64,000 nucleotides of DNA, taken from Candidatus Nomurabacteria bacterium (GTDB lineage Bacteria > Patescibacteriota > Dojkabacteria > SC72 > JAHDCA01). The stretch is taken from contig JACKFQ010000001.1 of NCBI GenBank assembly GCA_020632395.1, positions 313,900 to 377,899 on the forward strand. Direction: 5' to 3'. The notes beneath the pieces are model-generated. The model was not told the origin of the DNA and made no database searches. It was given only the letters and a program-made list of their open reading frames with translations. Made by a program: the position numbers and the translations under genes. Positions within the stretch are counted from its first letter, which is position 1. Every line of letters starts with the position of its first letter. Shown in pieces: positions 59,757-64,000 of this stretch.

Positions 59757-61334
59757 TTATGCATTCTGAAAGATGTATTTCTGTTTTTTGATACCCAATA
59801 GTGATGATACCGTTACACCATGAATACTATTCATTACAATCCTCTGGAAAAGGTATAAGTAGAACACAGCCCAAATTGTTGTAAAGAAATCAATGCTTTC
59901 ACCATAGTGGAAGTATTGAGAAAATTCACCTGTAATCGATAAGAACAGTAGCATAACAACAACGAGCTGGATATATACATCCTTAAGGTACACTCCATGC
60001 TTATGAGTCTTTCTTGTCACGATGTATTTTGGTTTTCTATTTCTTCCAAATTTCAATGCCTGTAGAAATGCTCTGAAGTATACAGGGCTTAATCCGAAGA
60101 GCGTTTGGTAAGATCTGATAATACTACCCATAGATACACCTGATCTTAAGGCTCTAAGATACATAAACAGATTCATAGATAGCATATATGGACCTAAATA
60201 TAAGAAGTATTCAAACGAATCAACCGATAATGGTCCTATACCAAATAGTAAGCTCATTACCGGTATAAGAGCGAAGATTATTGATGCAATGCTAGTAATA
60301 TAAGCAAGACCAGGTTCAATCATATTCAATTTTTGTCTAATATTCATGCCACTTTTATCACCATAAAGCATATATCTGATTGAGTCTAAAGCCCATGTTC
60401 CCCTTTGCTTATACAAGCTTTCAATATCTTCAGGTGAGACTTGGCCAATAGCACCAACAATCGGTATAAATATACCTCGCCATCCTCTTCTCATAGCTTC
60501 GGCACCTGATTGAAAATCCTCAACTACATTCCAGATTGGGAATCCGCCAATTGAAACTAAAGCATCTTTTCTCCATACTAAACCTGAACCACATGGAAAT
60601 ACAGATTTAGTTTTATTTTTAGATAACATCAAACTTCTATAAAAGAATCCCTCTAAGTTACCAAATGGATCACCTGGAGTCGTTGCTACTTCCTTAATTG
60701 TTTGAACATATGCAGCATCAGTATTATGTATCAAATGCGCAAGTGCATGACGTAAGAAATCTGGGTGTCCAACCTCGTCATCAGCATCTCTAGTCTCAAT
60801 ATATTGAATATCCTCAAGTTCGAGCAATTTATCATAAACAGCATTAAGATTTCCTGATTTAGCTTCACCACGCCTATTTGGATCATCTTTCAGTGGCGGT
60901 TCAAAGTATAAGATATTTGCATTAACATATTGTGCATCCAAGTTATGAACCATCGCCTTTACAGCAACATCATGAGCATCATCACTTATAATCAGTACGA
61001 TTTTATCTTCAGGATAGTTTTGTGTAAGTACAGATACAGCTGTCCTACGTACCATATCGACAGGTTCTTTATAAGTGGGAATTATTACACCCACAATAGG
61101 AAGTTCATCATCTTCTTCAATTAACCTAACTTCAGGAATACTAAATGAGGTGTAGTTTATAATAGCTATAAATATAGATATTGCAGCGAGTATGTTGGCC
61201 AATGCAAATAGCAAAGCCAACACTGGATTATCCCAGTTTAATGACATGAACATCCAAGAAAGGTACAATGTACCAGATACAAGGACGATTAATCCAACTA
61301 TTTTGATTTCTAAATTTCTGATAAAATTATTCAT
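59757..61334 (-). CDS. Membrane-embedded processive family-2 glycosyltransferase (cellulose/chitin-synthase-like)
   Basis: VGVIIPTYKEP, IISDDAHD (DxD), VVEDFQSGAEAMRRGWRG, and a QRGTW (QxxRW-like) motif. TM helices lie at both ends. Confidence 0.75.
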   Translation of the reverse strand: MNNFIRNLEIKIVGLIVLVSGTLYLSWMFMSLNWDNPVLALLFALANILAAISIFIAIINYTSFSIPEVRLIEEDDELPIVGVIIPTYKEPVDMVRRTAVSVLTQNYPEDKIVLIISDDAHDVAVKAMVHNLDAQYVNANILYFEPPLKDDPNRRGEAKSGNLNAVYDKLLELEDIQYIETRDADDEVGHPDFLRHALAHLIHNTDAAYVQTIKEVATTPGDPFGNLEGFFYRSLMLSKNKTKSVFPCGSGLVWRKDALVSIGGFPIWNVVEDFQSGAEAMRRGWRGIFIPIVGAIGQVSPEDIESLYKQRGTWALDSIRYMLYGDKSGMNIRQKLNMIEPGLAYITSIASIIFALIPVMSLLFGIGPLSVDSFEYFLYLGPYMLSMNLFMYLRALRSGVSMGSIIRSYQTLFGLSPVYFRAFLQALKFGRNRKPKYIVTRKTHKHGVYLKDVYIQLVVVMLLFLSITGEFSQYFHYGESIDFFTTIWAVFYLYLFQRIVMNSIHGVTVSSLLGIKKQKYIFQNA

Positions 61335-61421
61335 ATTTATACGTATGAAATTGGTTTATTTATCCTATAACCTATTATAACATGTATATACCACATATAC
61401 AACCTATAGTATTATTAGCTC

Positions 61422-62570
61422 ATGAAGACTGAAAAGATAAAATTATATATATCGCGAGTACTATTTACTTTAACATTACTGCTTTTCTCACTAACACTCG
61501 TGTATCAGATACTGGGAAGAGAGAAGAGCTATCAGATTATATCTGAGATAACTGGTATTACTCTTGATAGTAGATCAGATACTGGTGGAGTATCAGGTGG
61601 GAGTCTACTAAATCCTGTAGATTTAGATGAATACGACTTTGACGAAGAAAGTGTTACAAGCACAATCGAACTGAATACCGAGGGTAGGATAGGTCTAGGA
61701 GTTTATTTACCTGAGCTACAATATGACACTTTTGACCTGGTAGTAGCACATGAAGAAAATATAGGGCACAAGATGGAATATCTCCTCTTCTTTCAAGCAT
61801 GGGATGAGCAGTATCGAGATTTTCCTACATATATTGTAAAACAAGTAGATGATTTACAGGCAACTGCGATAATAACGTGGGAGCCTTGGGAAAGGGATTT
61901 TATTAACCCAACTAGAATACAGCCAGATTATTCACTGCAATCAATTATCGACGGTGAACACGATGAATACATTGCACAATGGGCTACGGAGGCAAAGGCC
62001 TCAGATATGGATATAATTTTACGGTTCGCACATGAACAATCGACACCTGAAGGCGAATTAAACTGGTATCCATGGCAAGGCGATCCTATCCGATACGTAC
62101 AAGCGTATCGGAGAATATGGAGAATTTTTGACGAGCTAGAAGTAGATAATGTTAGGTTTATGTGGAATCCAATGTGGATTCAATCAGAGTGGAGTCCAAG
62201 ATATTATCCAGGTGACAATTATGTTGATATCATAGGCTTATCGGTACTAAATCATGGTACGAAACTAGGAGAAACATGGGAGAAATGGTTTACGTGCGAT
62301 GAACTGCTTACAGAGCAGTACAAAGCAGCTTCAAAATATAACAAACCTGTTATCGTAGCTGAATACGGTTCTTCTGAAATAGGTGGTAATAAGGCTAGGT
62401 GGTATGAAGAATGTCACCAAGCAATGATAGACTCTCCAAATATTATAGGAGCTATTTCAATTCAGATCCCATCAGATGTTACATATCAAAATATTGACTG
62501 GAGATACAACTCTACATCCGCTTCTAGTCAGGCATATATTGATTCTATTGATGATCGTGTCTTCAAATAA
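61422..62570 (+). CDS. Glycoside hydrolase, GH26-like (beta-mannanase family), membrane-anchored
   Basis: N-terminal TM. ILRFAHEQS (acid/base Glu), WNPMW, YYPGDNYVDIIGLSVLN (the conserved GH26 YYPGDxYVDWVGxD block), and VIVAEYGS (nucleophile Glu). Confidence 0.6.
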   Translation: MKTEKIKLYISRVLFTLTLLLFSLTLVYQILGREKSYQIISEITGITLDSRSDTGGVSGGSLLNPVDLDEYDFDEESVTSTIELNTEGRIGLGVYLPELQYDTFDLVVAHEENIGHKMEYLLFFQAWDEQYRDFPTYIVKQVDDLQATAIITWEPWERDFINPTRIQPDYSLQSIIDGEHDEYIAQWATEAKASDMDIILRFAHEQSTPEGELNWYPWQGDPIRYVQAYRRIWRIFDELEVDNVRFMWNPMWIQSEWSPRYYPGDNYVDIIGLSVLNHGTKLGETWEKWFTCDELLTEQYKAASKYNKPVIVAEYGSSEIGGNKARWYEECHQAMIDSPNIIGAISIQIPSDVTYQNIDWRYNSTSASSQAYIDSIDDRVFK

Positions 62571-62579
62571 ACAACAGCA

Positions 62580-63640
62580 CAGAGCACCCTATAGTCATTG
62601 ACATTAGGTACTATATGTGCGATAATGTGATAGAGATATAAATCATATATCTCGCACATTAAAAACTGGTGGATTTGAGTGGAATGACTCGATGTATTCA
62701 TCGGTTCACCCTCATATATATTCATCAGAAAAGAAGTGAAGATGGGAAAAATAGAATTCTCTATTTAGTTTAGTGCATTTGCAAAGTTATTCATTGAGAA
62801 TTTCACCTTATATTTACTATGCTTTCTAGGAAGCTATTTGAAGATGATCTTCAGATCATCTTTTGCTAGCTTTCTAGAAGGGAAAAGAGATTTTCCACCA
62901 CCTTTTTAAGGTGCGTCATAGAAAGTTCTGATTGAGCTTGCAGGGCAAGTTCTCAGAGAAGTAGGTCAAACCTAGCCCTCTCAAACTCCTACGTGGAGAA
63001 CGAGTAGTGGAACAATTAGGTAAGACGGAGCTTCCAATCAGTGCGTGGTTAGCACCACGAGAAAAAGAGTGCGACTACGGTCAAACTCCAGGTAGAGGTA
63101 AGCCTCGATTCGTCGAGATACTACCTTCGTAGGCCCTTCACAGGGGTTACCTGATTAGCGATGAAACTGTCGTAATGAAATAGATAGTTTCGAACGCTCC
63201 ATGGCTGCCACATATTGCAGCATGCCCTTTAGCAAGGACATGGAGATAAAACCGGCTATGCCTTATACCGAGATCCGATGATCGGTATAAGAAAGAAATA
63301 CACTTAAGCCTCGCTATCATTGGCTTAAGAAACGGCTTCGGTTGACACCGACGTATCCGAGAGGAGAAATAGTCTCAGTTGGCTCGTGTTGTTCGGAAAC
63401 AACTCGAGAGTTCCCGAGCGACGGGACAGCTGATAGGGCTTGATCGGTCCTTTCATCGAGCATGATGGCTCGTTGATAAAAGAGAAGTTGACACCTTACC
63501 GCATGATAGCGGATTAAGAAGCAACTTTTCACAGATCCGGGCACTCTCTAATACCAGCAATGGTATTGCCCGACACATATGCGTGAGCATATGTCGACCC
63601 CAAAGGGGAAATGAGAGAAAAAAATCGATGAGAGGTGACA
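62580..63640. other. ~1 kb region without a credible ORF, rich in stable hairpins. Candidate structured RNA or a junction with foreign DNA.
   Basis: Hairpins: CTTATACCGA...TCGGTATAAG (10 bp), CATATGC-GTGA-GCATATG (GNRA loop), CTTAAGCC...GGCTTAAG, and AAGATGATC-TTCA-GATCATCTT (62841-62862). GC content rises relative to the rest of the window. Confidence 0.3.
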
Positions 63641-63641
63641 A

Positions 63642-64000
63642 ATGGAACAAGGAAATAACAGCAATGTAGGACGTTGGATTATCGGAGTCATCTTAGCTCT
63701 GATGTTGCTCTGCTGTGGGCCGATCACCTGCTTAGCCCTCACCGGCGGCGCCTTTTGGGGCGGTACGCTGATTTCAGAGGCGCAAGAAGAAGTAGTAGAC
63801 TTGCCGGTGCAGAAAGTCGAACGCGAAGATGCCGGCGAAGGCTATGGCTACAATGAAGGCGATTTTGGCGGCGGGCAGAACGGTAGCGGCGACGCGAATT
63901 GCGATCAGGTGCTCGGTGCAGTCGGTGCAGAATGGCTGTTCGACGAGACGCAAGCGCAGGACGGTAGGGCAGACATGTGTGACCCCGATTCGGTCACCTT
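63642..64000 (+). CDS. Partial ORF running off the window end, encoding a high-GC, Gly/Asp-rich signal-anchored protein
   Basis: MEQGNNSNVGRWIIGVILALMLLCCGPITCLALTGG... There is no stop codon before the window end. Codon usage (GCG, GGC, CCG) is unlike the rest of the window. Absent from the supplied ORF track. Confidence 0.3.
   Translation, partial: MEQGNNSNVGRWIIGVILALMLLCCGPITCLALTGGAFWGGTLISEAQEEVVDLPVQKVEREDAGEGYGYNEGDFGGGQNGSGDANCDQVLGAVGAEWLFDETQAQDGRADMCDPDSVT

Noticed and set aside
62580-63640. Group II intron, RNase P RNA or tmRNA in the ORF-free region
   Set aside because: A GUGCG occurs at ~62913, but no domain V (GAGC-CGUAUG...GAAA...UACGGUUC) was found on either strand. No RNase P P4 GGAAAGUCCGG motif. 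No tRNA-like 3' end with CCA. Left as an unclassified structured region.
63317-63856. Small ORFs in the GC-rich tail (63317-63544, 63453-63650, 63548-63742 minus strand; 63674-63856 plus strand)
   Set aside because: They are mutually overlapping, Arg/Leu-rich translations of GC-rich DNA. The plus-strand frame starting at 63642 is the more gene-like reading, and even that is low confidence.

Overview
This 64 kb window looks like a low-GC (~40%), compact bacterial chromosome segment using the standard genetic code. The gene content (minimal type IV pilus locus without a secretin, several sortases, short intergenic gaps) fits a small-genome, possibly Patescibacteria/CPR-like organism. That placement is inference only.

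Housekeeping genes on + and - strands:
- mutS, a PEP-synthase-like enzyme, an AI-2E transporter, tig-clpP, two tRNA-Val genes, a GNAT, dus, a ybaK-like gene.
- A membrane-anchored two-NBD Clp/Hsp100 ATPase, rpmF-nusB-rnc, rpsP plus a KH protein, a holB-like clamp-loader gene, gyrB and gyrA.

A complete type IV pilus cluster sits on the minus strand (23.6-41.9 kb): pilB, a PilT with a ~520 aa disordered N-extension, pilC, a major pilin, pilD, three minor pilins, a stand-alone response regulator, a 1146 aa Cys/Gly-rich secreted giant protein, and pilM/N/O.

Mobile DNA:
- A 1 kb IS1595-like element with perfect 25 bp TIRs and an 8 bp TSD, inserted into the terminator of tRNA-Val(GAC).
- Two IS200-like tnpA-only elements.
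- A composite IS patch at 53.8-57.3 kb: a degraded IS1595-like element, a GT2 gene fragment, and an IS30 element interrupted by a nested IS200-like element.

Other notable points:
- Three sortase paralogs with candidate substrates.
- An M15/VanY peptidase broken by a homopolymer frameshift.
- A GT2 synthase / GH26 hydrolase pair.
- Two tandem-repeat arrays between gyrB and gyrA (41 bp x4 and 19 bp x15).
- A PEP-synthase homolog whose phospho-His is replaced by Asp.
- A ~1 kb ORF-free, hairpin-rich, GC-shifted tail with a partial high-GC ORF at the window end.

All calls are from motif reading of the supplied translations and sequence. No database searches were run.
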